NCBI GenBank assembly: GCA_034437415.1
Contig: DAOTUS010000173.1
Coordinates: forward strand, 1-47,795
Source of the DNA: Herpetosiphonaceae bacterium
Lineage (GTDB): Bacteria; Chloroflexota; Chloroflexia; Chloroflexales; Herpetosiphonaceae
Direction: 5' to 3'
Length of the DNA: 47,795 nt
A model generated the notes under the pieces. It had not been told where the DNA came from. It did not search any database and saw only the letters and a program-made list of their open reading frames with translations. A program made the position numbers and the translations under genes. Below are positions 25,232-32,152 of this stretch, piece after piece. Numbering within the stretch: the first letter of the stretch is position 1; each line of letters begins with the position of its first letter.

Positions 25232-25859
25232 CGCTCTGCCCTCGGAACTGCTCGATCGCGGCCTGCTGGGCGGCGTAGGCGAGCATTGCCTGCTGTTTCT
25301 CGGCCTCGGTCAAGGTTGGCGGGATCAGCGGGCTGTCGTCCTTGCCGGTCAGCTCCTGCTTGATCTTGCGGCCGCCGGTCTCTTTGGCCAAGTCGTCAAG
25401 GACGCCGCGCAGACTGTCGATGAGCGGCTTGTTGAATACCTCAACGTCGACCGTGGCCCCGGTGGCGCTCATCTTGATGTCGGTGTGCCACACGCCGCGA
25501 TCATCAAGCACCTCACGGAGCTTCTGGTATAGGCTATCCAGCTCCACAATACGGTTATAGTCGGCAGCCAGCCCCTCGGTGCGTAGGCGCTGGATCTCGA
25601 TGGTTTTGGCGCGGTCCTGCTCGGCATCGTAGGCGCTGGCGCGATCCTGCCAAGCGTAAGTAGTTGACCAGCGCTTCAACACCCCGAGGTGTGTCGTAGG
25701 GGCTGGAATTTGGTCACTTTCGGTATACACCTGGATAAGCCTGCTGAGCGACCGCCCAGAGCCTGCACGCAGGTAGTCATTGCACGCAATGACGGCGGCA
25801 TCGCTCTCGCGATCGTGCCGCTGGCCGGTGAGGGGCTGGATTGTTGGCAGGCCGCTCAT
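25224..25859 (-). CDS. Terminase small subunit candidate
   Basis: Start trimmed to MSGLPTIQPL... It lies immediately upstream of terL and overlaps it. It is helical, with a coiled-coil middle. Confidence 0.55.
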   Translation of the reverse strand: MSGLPTIQPLTGQRHDRESDAAVIACNDYLRAGSGRSLSRLIQVYTESDQIPAPTTHLGVLKRWSTTYAWQDRASAYDAEQDRAKTIEIQRLRTEGLAADYNRIVELDSLYQKLREVLDDRGVWHTDIKMSATGATVDVEVFNKPLIDSLRGVLDDLAKETGGRKIKQELTGKDDSPLIPPTLTEAEKQQAMLAYAAQQAAIEQFRGQSDE

Positions 25860-25863
25860 CGAC

Positions 25864-26208
25864 TTACAACCCCGTCGCCGGATTGTCGCTGGCATTGGCC
25901 TTGGCCTGCTGCGCCAGGCTGCCCACGTTGACAAACACGTTCGGGTTGACGCTCGACCGCGCCCACTTGATACCCAGCTCGAACATCCAGATATCCCAGG
26001 TCACCGTGGAATAGTCCGGGTCTTTGGCCCCGCGTGTCGATTTGATGAGGGCATACGGCCAGCCGTTGCCGCAGATAGTCCAGAGCTGCGGCGGCACCTG
26101 GATCTGCACGTCGCAGTGCCAGCTCAGCGCCATCTGGAAATGACGAAACAGGCGGCCCAGGCGCTTCTGAGCAGGGGTCTTCGTGGCGCTTTCGGTGATT
26201 GCGGTCAT
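25864..26208 (-). CDS. Hypothetical protein (Trp-rich, 114 aa)
   Basis: Second gene of the late operon. No recognisable motif. Confidence 0.45.
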   Translation of the reverse strand: MTAITESATKTPAQKRLGRLFRHFQMALSWHCDVQIQVPPQLWTICGNGWPYALIKSTRGAKDPDYSTVTWDIWMFELGIKWARSSVNPNVFVNVGSLAQQAKANASDNPATGL

Positions 26209-26702
26209 ACGGGTTTCTCCCAGTCCAGGCCGCCGAGCGACTGTTTGTACTCGTTGATTTTCCCTTGCAGCCGCTCCTCGCGGGCCTGCTCAATCACGGG
26301 GTAGGTGTCGTGCTCGCCGCGACGTCGGCCAAACCAGGGCGCCGGTGCAACAACCGGGATGTTGTGATCCTCGAGCTGAGCCATCACCACCCGTAGCCAG
26401 TTTTCGAGCGCCATCACGACCGAGGCCGTGCCCTGCGTGCGAAAACGAAAATCAGCGCCGCGCTCCTCAGAGCTCGCCAGCGCCTGGACGGCCAGCTGGT
26501 CCCGAAGCCTGGCCCGTTCCTCCAGCGCCGTGATCTTCTGGGCGCACAGGGCCGAGGCGCGCTCAACATGCTCCAGCGTGCGGTCGTAGGCGGCAAGGCG
26601 GCGGCGGGTGGCTGATGCTGCCCACAGGCCTGCGCCGCCTGCGCTGATAAAAAATAGCGCCCAGAACACCCCTAAAACAAACGGTTGTTCAAAATCAATC
26701 AT
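26205..26702 (-). CDS. N-terminally membrane-anchored coiled-coil protein, first gene of the late operon
   Basis: TM segment FVLGVFWALFFISAGGAGLWAA followed by a heptad-rich region. Confidence 0.5.
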   Translation of the reverse strand: MIDFEQPFVLGVFWALFFISAGGAGLWAASATRRRLAAYDRTLEHVERASALCAQKITALEERARLRDQLAVQALASSEERGADFRFRTQGTASVVMALENWLRVVMAQLEDHNIPVVAPAPWFGRRRGEHDTYPVIEQAREERLQGKINEYKQSLGGLDWEKPV

Positions 26703-26725
26703 TCGCTCTCAACATTCTAAAATGC

Positions 26726-26760
26726 ACAAGGCCGCGCTCCTGGTCGAAGCGCGGCCTTGT
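26726..26760 (-). terminator. Perfect 12-bp hairpin at the predicted 5-prime end of the late transcript, followed by GCAUUUUAG
   Basis: acaaggccgcgc / gcgcggccttgt with an 11-nt loop. It lies between the late promoter and the ATG at 26702. Confidence 0.5.
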
Positions 26761-26764
26761 GGAA

Positions 26765-26793
26765 AGTATAGAGTTTGACTATGGAAATGTCAA
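26765..26793 (-). promoter_or_regulatory. Late operon promoter TTGACA-17-TATACT
   Basis: Minus-strand -35 at 26793..26788 and -10 at 26770..26765. This is a near-consensus sigma-70 geometry. Confidence 0.6.
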
Positions 26794-26815
26794 GCTACGA
26801 TAGGCGATGGCTATA

Positions 26816-27157
26816 CATTAGCGCATTCGCGCTTTTTTTGGATAATATCGGCATTAGCGCATTAGCGCATTCTCTGAATAATGTTCGCCTTCACATTCGC
26901 GCATTAGCGCATTTTCTCAATGATAATCGTTCTCATTGTATTTGTGATATTTGATACACTGTTTGACAAAAAATCATAAAATACGATTTTACCTGAATAG
27001 AGTGCGATAAAGTGCTATCCATCATACTTTGTAACATTAGCGCATTAGCGCATTAGCTCTTAACATATACTACATGATGGAAATATTTTTAGACCCTAAA
27101 TCTATACGTCACATATATTCTTTAAGTCCGTATAGTTAATGCGCTAATGCGCTAATG
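26816..27157. repeat. Five clusters of tandem octamer GCGCATTA (about 12 units); clusters 4 and 5 form a 21-bp perfect inverted pair
   Basis: Clusters are at 26816..26832, 26851..26871, 26894..26913, 27035..27057 and, inverted, 27137..27157. The cattagcgcattagcgcatta at 27035..27055 is the reverse complement of 27137..27157. Confidence 0.85.
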
Positions 27158-27191
27158 TGGCGGTTCCCGACCAGACCCCCCAATGGGCAGC

Positions 27192-27222
27192 AAAAAGACC
27201 ACCTCCATCTGGGGTGGTCTTT
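27192..27222 (-). terminator. Rho-independent terminator after the PH-domain membrane protein gene
   Basis: Minus-strand aaagaccacc-ccagatgga-ggtggtcttttt. Confidence 0.7.
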
Positions 27223-27243
27223 GGTGTGACTAGTAGCTAGTAG

Positions 27244-28092
27244 CTACTCCAGTAGCTTGACCAAATCAACTACATAGTTCTTTTGTGATACGTTGTACTT
27301 GACTGAGCATGTCCATTCCGTACGGATCATTGCCCCAAAGCTATTCTGGGCATCAACATAGCCACGAATAGTATAGGTTGTGCCGCTCAGTTTAGGTTCA
27401 TAGGGTGGCATAAACGGAAAATCTGCCGACGATGGCGACTTGAGCAGGGCAGGGATCTGTTGCTTACACGTTGTATATGCCTTTACTTCATCTCCTACAT
27501 CAACCACATTCGCCGCTGGCGCTGCATTGTTGCCAGAAGAGCCAGGGCTGGAGGTACCTCTCCCGAATAATTGCCCACTCACTACATAATAGCTGAGTAG
27601 GGCCAGAGCCAAGGCGAGTGTGATGACATACAACGGCTTTGGAGATCCTGTTTTATTCTTCGCAGCCACCAGAACCGCAGGCACTGAGCCAGCCTCATCG
27701 GGTGTCTTGCCCTGGGATCGTGCGCGTAGATATTCTGCGAACGCCTCGCCCTTGCCAGTAAGCTTGGTGAATATCTCGGTTCCGTTGGTTGATTGCTGAG
27801 TGACCTGAAGCGTGCCTGTAGATCCTGTGAGGTAGAGTAGATGCTTAATATCATCAACCTGGAGTGTTTGCTGGGTAAGTTTACCATTGAGGGATCGGTG
27901 CAGGAATATCAGTCGTTCGTTGGTTAGGTAAAGAACACCACTGGCGCCGTTGTAGGCTGCCAGCTGGAACCGCTCCAGCCGCTCGGCGTCACCTAAGAGT
28001 TGCGCCAGGAGTGCTACCTCGGGCCGCCCGGCGTCGAGTCGACCACCACCCAGCCGGGTGATGTGCTGTTTGATTTCGTCAGGCGTAGCCAT
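27244..28092 (-). CDS. Bacterial PH-like domain / TM helix / extracytoplasmic domain protein (superinfection-exclusion or abortive-infection candidate)
   Basis: Start trimmed to MATPDEIKQH... LYLTNERLIFLHRS is bPH/GRAM-like, and the TM segment is LYVITLALALALLSYYVV. The C-terminal LKSPSSADFP...YVDAQNSFGAMIR motif is common in small exported phage or immunity proteins. The gene is low in G+C and sits next to the repressor. Confidence 0.55.
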   Translation of the reverse strand: MATPDEIKQHITRLGGGRLDAGRPEVALLAQLLGDAERLERFQLAAYNGASGVLYLTNERLIFLHRSLNGKLTQQTLQVDDIKHLLYLTGSTGTLQVTQQSTNGTEIFTKLTGKGEAFAEYLRARSQGKTPDEAGSVPAVLVAAKNKTGSPKPLYVITLALALALLSYYVVSGQLFGRGTSSPGSSGNNAAPAANVVDVGDEVKAYTTCKQQIPALLKSPSSADFPFMPPYEPKLSGTTYTIRGYVDAQNSFGAMIRTEWTCSVKYNVSQKNYVVDLVKLLE

Positions 28093-28293
28093 CAGCGCGG
28101 CTCCTCTCTCTAAAAGAATAGTGATATTTATTAACTTGTCACGAAATTGCAATCTGTGTCATTGGGGTAATATTGCATAGATCGTGCTGGTATACTAGAT
28201 TCAGGATCGAACATTTTTGCTACACAACGTGAGGGAAGATGATAGATTATAATGAGCATTTACGACTGGTCTGTGCTGGTATCGAGGCGACAA

Positions 28294-28707
28294 TCAAACT
28301 CGCTCGTTCCGGCGCCGGGCCAATAACTCCGCGTAAGTCAACACCGCAATCCGATCATCAGGACTCAACAGCGCCAGCGGCCCCAGGAACGTCTGAAGCT
28401 CAGGAACCGCCCCCAGGAGCGCTGTAACCCGCGTTGCCTCATCCCCGTTCTCTGCGCCGCCCTCAATGGCATAGCCGCATGACTCAATCACCCGACGCAA
28501 TGGAATGTCGAGCGCGATTGATATACCCGCTAAAGTTTGGAGGTCTGGCCGATACTCTGAGTTATTTTTGATCCGTGAAAGCGTCCCCTCGCTAATCGTA
28601 GAGTTGATCGCCAGATCGCGCATTTTCCAGCCGCGTTTATTAAGTTCTGATTCAATTAGCGCGTACAATCCAAGCATTGCTTTCACCTGTGTAACATTCA
28701 TTGTCAT
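28294..28707 (-). CDS. CI-like XRE-family HTH repressor (no S24 peptidase domain seen)
   Basis: WKMRDLAINSTISEGTLSRIKNN is an HTH_XRE motif. The gene is divergent from the RHH gene. Start taken as MTMNVTQ.. (aagga RBS), with an alternative at 28701. Confidence 0.7.
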   Translation of the reverse strand: MTMNVTQVKAMLGLYALIESELNKRGWKMRDLAINSTISEGTLSRIKNNSEYRPDLQTLAGISIALDIPLRRVIESCGYAIEGGAENGDEATRVTALLGAVPELQTFLGPLALLSPDDRIAVLTYAELLARRRNERV

Positions 28708-28744
28708 ACTATCATATCCTTTATATATTCTCAATAATATACTA

Positions 28745-28773
28745 TTGACTTTATATTTCGTCGGTGGTATACT
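28745..28773 (+). promoter_or_regulatory. Early rightward promoter TTGACT-17-TATACT
   Basis: -35 at 28745..28750 and -10 at 28768..28773. These are followed by the aaggagg RBS and the ATG at 28802. Confidence 0.65.
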
Positions 28774-28801
28774 TGCATCAATGAAATAAGGAGGCTAACC
28801 G

Positions 28802-29017
28802 ATGGCACGAAATCGCCCGCTCAAAGTTACCAAAGCCTTCGCCCTGGCTCCGCAAGATGTAGCAACCATTCGATCCATCGCAGACGAGCGGGCCACCAGT
28901 GACAGCGAAGCAGTCCGGTACATCATTGACCAGTTTCGTCTTTTTTTATCGCAGCAGCTTTCATCGGTGAAAGAATTGCACGAAGAGAAATCTACCACCG
29001 ACCTACAAGCCGCCTAG
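28802..29017 (+). CDS. Ribbon-helix-helix (CopG/Arc-like) protein in the Cro position
   Basis: KVTKAFALAPQDVATIRSIADERATSDSEAVRYIIDQF fits the beta-alpha-alpha RHH pattern. It is the first gene of the early operon. Confidence 0.6.
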   Translation: MARNRPLKVTKAFALAPQDVATIRSIADERATSDSEAVRYIIDQFRLFLSQQLSSVKELHEEKSTTDLQAA

Positions 29018-29037
29018 CGCCAGAAGGGAACCGAACA

Positions 29038-29625
29038 ATGACCATCTCAACACCAGCCACCAAAGCCCGCCGCGCCAAAGTCATCGCCCGCTGCACCTGC
29101 CCCACCTGCATGGGCGGCTACTACACCAGCGCCGATGGCGCGTTCTTCTGCACCGTTGACCGCGAGTACACCGTATTCGCCGATGGCCAGTACCTCGGCA
29201 GCTTCGACGGACTGACCCAGGCCACCGAGGCGCTGGGCGTCTATCGCATCGACCAGGCCCTCGCCCAGGCCGTCGAGGCTGCCGCCGTCGAGGCCGACCT
29301 GGCGCACGACGTGGCTCAGGCCGCTGCGGATGCGGATGCTGTGGCCGCTGTCAGCAAGTGGAATCAGCTGGGGCCAGCGCCTCATCTGTTCATCCCCGCC
29401 GCCCTCGGCCAGCAGACCGCCGAGCAGCACGAGGCCGCGCTGGTGACGATTGCCTCCCTCGATGACGCCGATATCTGCCGCCTCATCGCGGCGATGCCGC
29501 CCCTCCCACCGCCACTCTACTACGACCGCCACCATCGCGGCCTCACCTGGGCAGGCACTGCCCAGCACTATCCTCACTACACCGCCGCCGACGCCGCCCG
29601 TACCGAGTGGATGCGGGACGAATAG
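29038..29625 (+). CDS. Hypothetical early protein with an N-terminal CxCxxC zinc knuckle
   Basis: Coding-like composition. RCTCPTCMGGYY at the N-terminus. Confidence 0.5.
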   Translation: MTISTPATKARRAKVIARCTCPTCMGGYYTSADGAFFCTVDREYTVFADGQYLGSFDGLTQATEALGVYRIDQALAQAVEAAAVEADLAHDVAQAAADADAVAAVSKWNQLGPAPHLFIPAALGQQTAEQHEAALVTIASLDDADICRLIAAMPPLPPPLYYDRHHRGLTWAGTAQHYPHYTAADAARTEWMRDE

Positions 29626-30029
29626 CCCACGCACTCCCCACGGCCCGAGCTACCCAGGTAGCGAACGGCAGCGGCGAAACGTAACCCGCAACGGCCCTGA
29701 GCAGCGCCCAACCTGCTCACCACACCACACGCGCCGAGGTTTTCAGTCACACGACTGCGAATGCTACTGACAATTTGATTGATACCTAACCCAAAACTTT
29801 AGGGGCCGTCACGGGTGGAACCATCCTTCCGTCACTCCAAGGATACATCGGGGGAAAGACAACATCACGCGCGGTGAGTAATGGCAGATGGGGGCGGTAT
29901 TGGTCGGAAGCCCGCCTGGAGCTGGAATCCAGGCCCATCGCTCGCTGGAGCGGACTCGGTACCCATATACCTAGTATCAACTTTGAAATGTACGGAGGTA
30001 TCCCGTGATGTAGTTTGCAACAACCAGCG

Positions 30030-30075
30030 GGGCGGTCTGAAGTGCAGCGCCGCCCTGATTTCTATCTCTTTTCAG
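30030..30075 (+). terminator. Weak terminator-like hairpin closing the 470-bp non-coding gap
   Basis: gggcgg/ccgccc stem with an inner ctg/cag pair, followed by tgatttctatctcttttc. Confidence 0.3.
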
Positions 30076-30097
30076 AATACTACAGAGGTACATAGTT

Positions 30098-30454
30098 GTG
30101 GGATTTTTACTTATCAGCAGCCTCCTTGCTGGCATCGCGCTCGGCGCCATCCTGCTGCTGCTGCATCTGTTTTTCTGGTCACCAGAGCGCCGCCTGAGCC
30201 AGCCAGAGTCCTACGCTGTCGGCGTCGGCGCGGGCTGGTTGGTCTACATTCCGCTGACCTACCTGCTGGGCATCCCCGAGGCCTCCCTGGCCTATCTGGT
30301 GATGTTCTGTATCGGCGGGTCTTTCATTATCGCCGCCTGGCGGGCACGCCGCTGGCTCCGCCACATTGATGACACGGCATTCCAGGCCGGGCAGGAAAAC
30401 CCCCGCGAGCCACTCACGCAAGATCGTATCGACCGGGGAGGCCGCGATGGGTAG
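30098..30454 (+). CDS. Small polytopic membrane protein (GTG start)
   Basis: agagg RBS. Three hydrophobic helices, with a charged C-terminal tail. Confidence 0.55.
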   Translation: MGFLLISSLLAGIALGAILLLLHLFFWSPERRLSQPESYAVGVGAGWLVYIPLTYLLGIPEASLAYLVMFCIGGSFIIAAWRARRWLRHIDDTAFQAGQENPREPLTQDRIDRGGRDG

Positions 30455-30662
30455 ACCCCGCAAAGAAGACCTGGAGTGGACTGAGGAGGTTGAGGACGCG
30501 GCGGCGTTGGTCAGTCGCATTGACCACAACCAGCGCCGCATCGCCGCCCGCAGTCGCGACCCCGATATCTTGCACGAGGTCGCCGATACGCGCGATGCTG
30601 CCGCTGGCCTGCGCCGCTGGATCAGCCGGATCTACCCTGGCAATGAAAAGCGTGAGGAGTAG
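30447..30662 (+). CDS. Small hypothetical early protein (71 aa)
   Basis: ggggagg RBS 5 nt before ATG (MGRPRKEDLEW..). Confidence 0.45.
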   Translation: MGRPRKEDLEWTEEVEDAAALVSRIDHNQRRIAARSRDPDILHEVADTRDAAAGLRRWISRIYPGNEKREE

Positions 30663-30665
30663 CCG

Positions 30666-30863
30666 ATGCAATGGGCCGCAGACCAGCAGACCAAATACGC
30701 GGCGCGGCGCCAGCGGCACGAGCGTCTTATCGCCGAGCGCGAGGAACGCATTGCTGAGGCGACGGCGAAAGCGATGGACCACCGTGACGACCTGATAGCC
30801 CAGCTGGGCCCAGAGCGGGCTGCTGAGATTATTCAGGCTGAGGTTGATGAACTATTCAATTAG
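30666..30863 (+). CDS. Small charged helical protein (65 aa)
   Basis: Tightly packed and coiled-coil-like. Confidence 0.4.
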   Translation: MQWAADQQTKYAARRQRHERLIAEREERIAEATAKAMDHRDDLIAQLGPERAAEIIQAEVDELFN

Positions 30864-30873
30864 GGGGGATTTG

Positions 30874-31092
30874 ATGCTGACAATTACCGCTGTTTGCGCC
30901 GACGGGGATGAGCTGAGTGAGGTGCTCGTGATTGATGTACTGCCGGGCCTGAAAGCACTGGCGGCCGTGCGTGACCACAACGAGCGCGAGTATCGCGAGT
31001 GCGCTGGCTACCACGTTGAGACGCTGCAGGACGTGCCCCTGCTGCCCCGCTGGATTGAAATCGAGACGCTAAAAATAGAACCAGGCCAGTAA
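30874..31092 (+). CDS. Small hypothetical early protein (72 aa)
   Basis: A G-rich RBS precedes MLTITAVCADG... Confidence 0.4.
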   Translation: MLTITAVCADGDELSEVLVIDVLPGLKALAAVRDHNEREYRECAGYHVETLQDVPLLPRWIEIETLKIEPGQ

Positions 31093-31151
31093 CTACTGCC
31101 CAGTTACCAGCCCCGATGTACACCACAAGTATAGCACAGGAAGAATAACCT

Positions 31152-32144
31152 ATGAACGATTTATCTGTGATTGAACAGGTGCTGGTCCAGGGAGACCTGG
31201 CCAAACTCAGCACCCAGCATCGGGTTGAATACTACAACCGGGTGTGCGAATCGCTGACCCTCAACCCGCTAACCCGGCCCTTCCAGTATCTACAGCTCAA
31301 CGGCAAGTTGATTCTGTACGCCACGAAGGACTGCACTGAGCAGCTTCGCAAGCGCGACGGCATCAGCATTACGATTGTAAGCCGCGAGCTGGTCGAGGGG
31401 GTCTACGTGGTCACCGCCCGCGCCCAGAGCGCCAGTGGCCGCTGCGACGAAAGCATTGGCGCGGTCGCAATCGACAACCTGAAGGGCGAGGCGAAGGCCA
31501 ATGCACTGATGAAGGCTGAGACCAAAGCGAAGCGCCGCGTCACGCTCTCGTTTGCAGGCCTGGGGATGCTTGATGAGAATGAGGTATCAAGCATCCCCGA
31601 TGCGCAGGTTGTAACAATGCCCGAGCAACCCCAGCGCTCACTGCCAGCCCCAGAGCACACCGTCAACACCGAGACTGGCGAGATTCTGGAGGCCGAGCCA
31701 CCCCGCCAGCCGCGCACCCCTGAGAACCTGAAGACCTGCAAAGACTGCAGCGCGACCATCGCCTGGGCGGGCACGCCCGGTAGCACCAAGAGCTATCCCT
31801 ACGACGTTGGGCCGGATAACATTCGCACCGACGTGCGCCACCAGTGCCCACGCACTGGCCAGCGTGAGCCGCTCTCGTCAGCGCCCCCAACGGATAAGCA
31901 GCGCAAGCTCCTGATCCAGCGGGCCGAGGCGATGCAGCGTAATCCGAAGCTGCCTGATGGTCTACGCGCCGCACCTGTTGAGTTGGCCGCAATGGCCGAT
32001 GATGAGCTGCGGGAGTTCATCGCTGAGATGGCCGAGGCACTGAACAAGCCAGTCGTGGCCGTTGAAGCAACGTATGACGGCGTCTACCCTACGGGCGATG
32101 GGAATACCCCTCCTGCTGGCGATGATGGCGATGTGCCATTCTAG
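31152..32144 (+). CDS. Single-strand annealing recombinase (Red-beta/Bet/RecT superfamily)
   Basis: LNPLTRPFQYLQLNGKLILYATKDCTEQL ... ALMKAETKAKRRVTLSFAGLG matches the SSAP core pattern as I remember it. It lies upstream of the primase. Confidence 0.6.
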   Translation: MNDLSVIEQVLVQGDLAKLSTQHRVEYYNRVCESLTLNPLTRPFQYLQLNGKLILYATKDCTEQLRKRDGISITIVSRELVEGVYVVTARAQSASGRCDESIGAVAIDNLKGEAKANALMKAETKAKRRVTLSFAGLGMLDENEVSSIPDAQVVTMPEQPQRSLPAPEHTVNTETGEILEAEPPRQPRTPENLKTCKDCSATIAWAGTPGSTKSYPYDVGPDNIRTDVRHQCPRTGQREPLSSAPPTDKQRKLLIQRAEAMQRNPKLPDGLRAAPVELAAMADDELREFIAEMAEALNKPVVAVEATYDGVYPTGDGNTPPAGDDGDVPF

Positions 32145-32152
32145 AGGTTTCT

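Noticed and set aside
26816-27157. A CRISPR array as the explanation for the GCGCATTA repeats.
   Set aside because: The units are 8 bp and directly abutting, with no spacers. There are no cas genes and one cluster is inverted. The architecture is that of a protein-binding array, not CRISPR.
27231-27247. Tandem heptamer tagtagc-tagtagc at the end of the PH-domain gene.
   Set aside because: There are only two copies, overlapping the stop codon. No further occurrences were seen, so it is most likely incidental.
28239-28427. 62-aa plus-strand ORF antisense to the repressor C-terminus.
   Set aside because: The RBS spacing is too short, and most of the ORF is the reverse frame of the repressor gene. 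Its composition is Pro/Ala-rich.
29887-29939. tRNA-like or tmRNA-like element (a closing stem plus two hairpins, one with a 7-nt loop).
   Set aside because: The loop gctggaa lacks the T-loop consensus. There is no anticodon arm geometry and no acceptor/CCA end. In GC-rich DNA, stems of 5-6 bp are expected by chance.
29881-30369. 162-aa plus-strand ORF in the early non-coding gap.
   Set aside because: Its second half is an Arg-rich off-frame reading of the membrane protein gene 30098..30454. There is no RBS, and the first half has no protein-like pattern.
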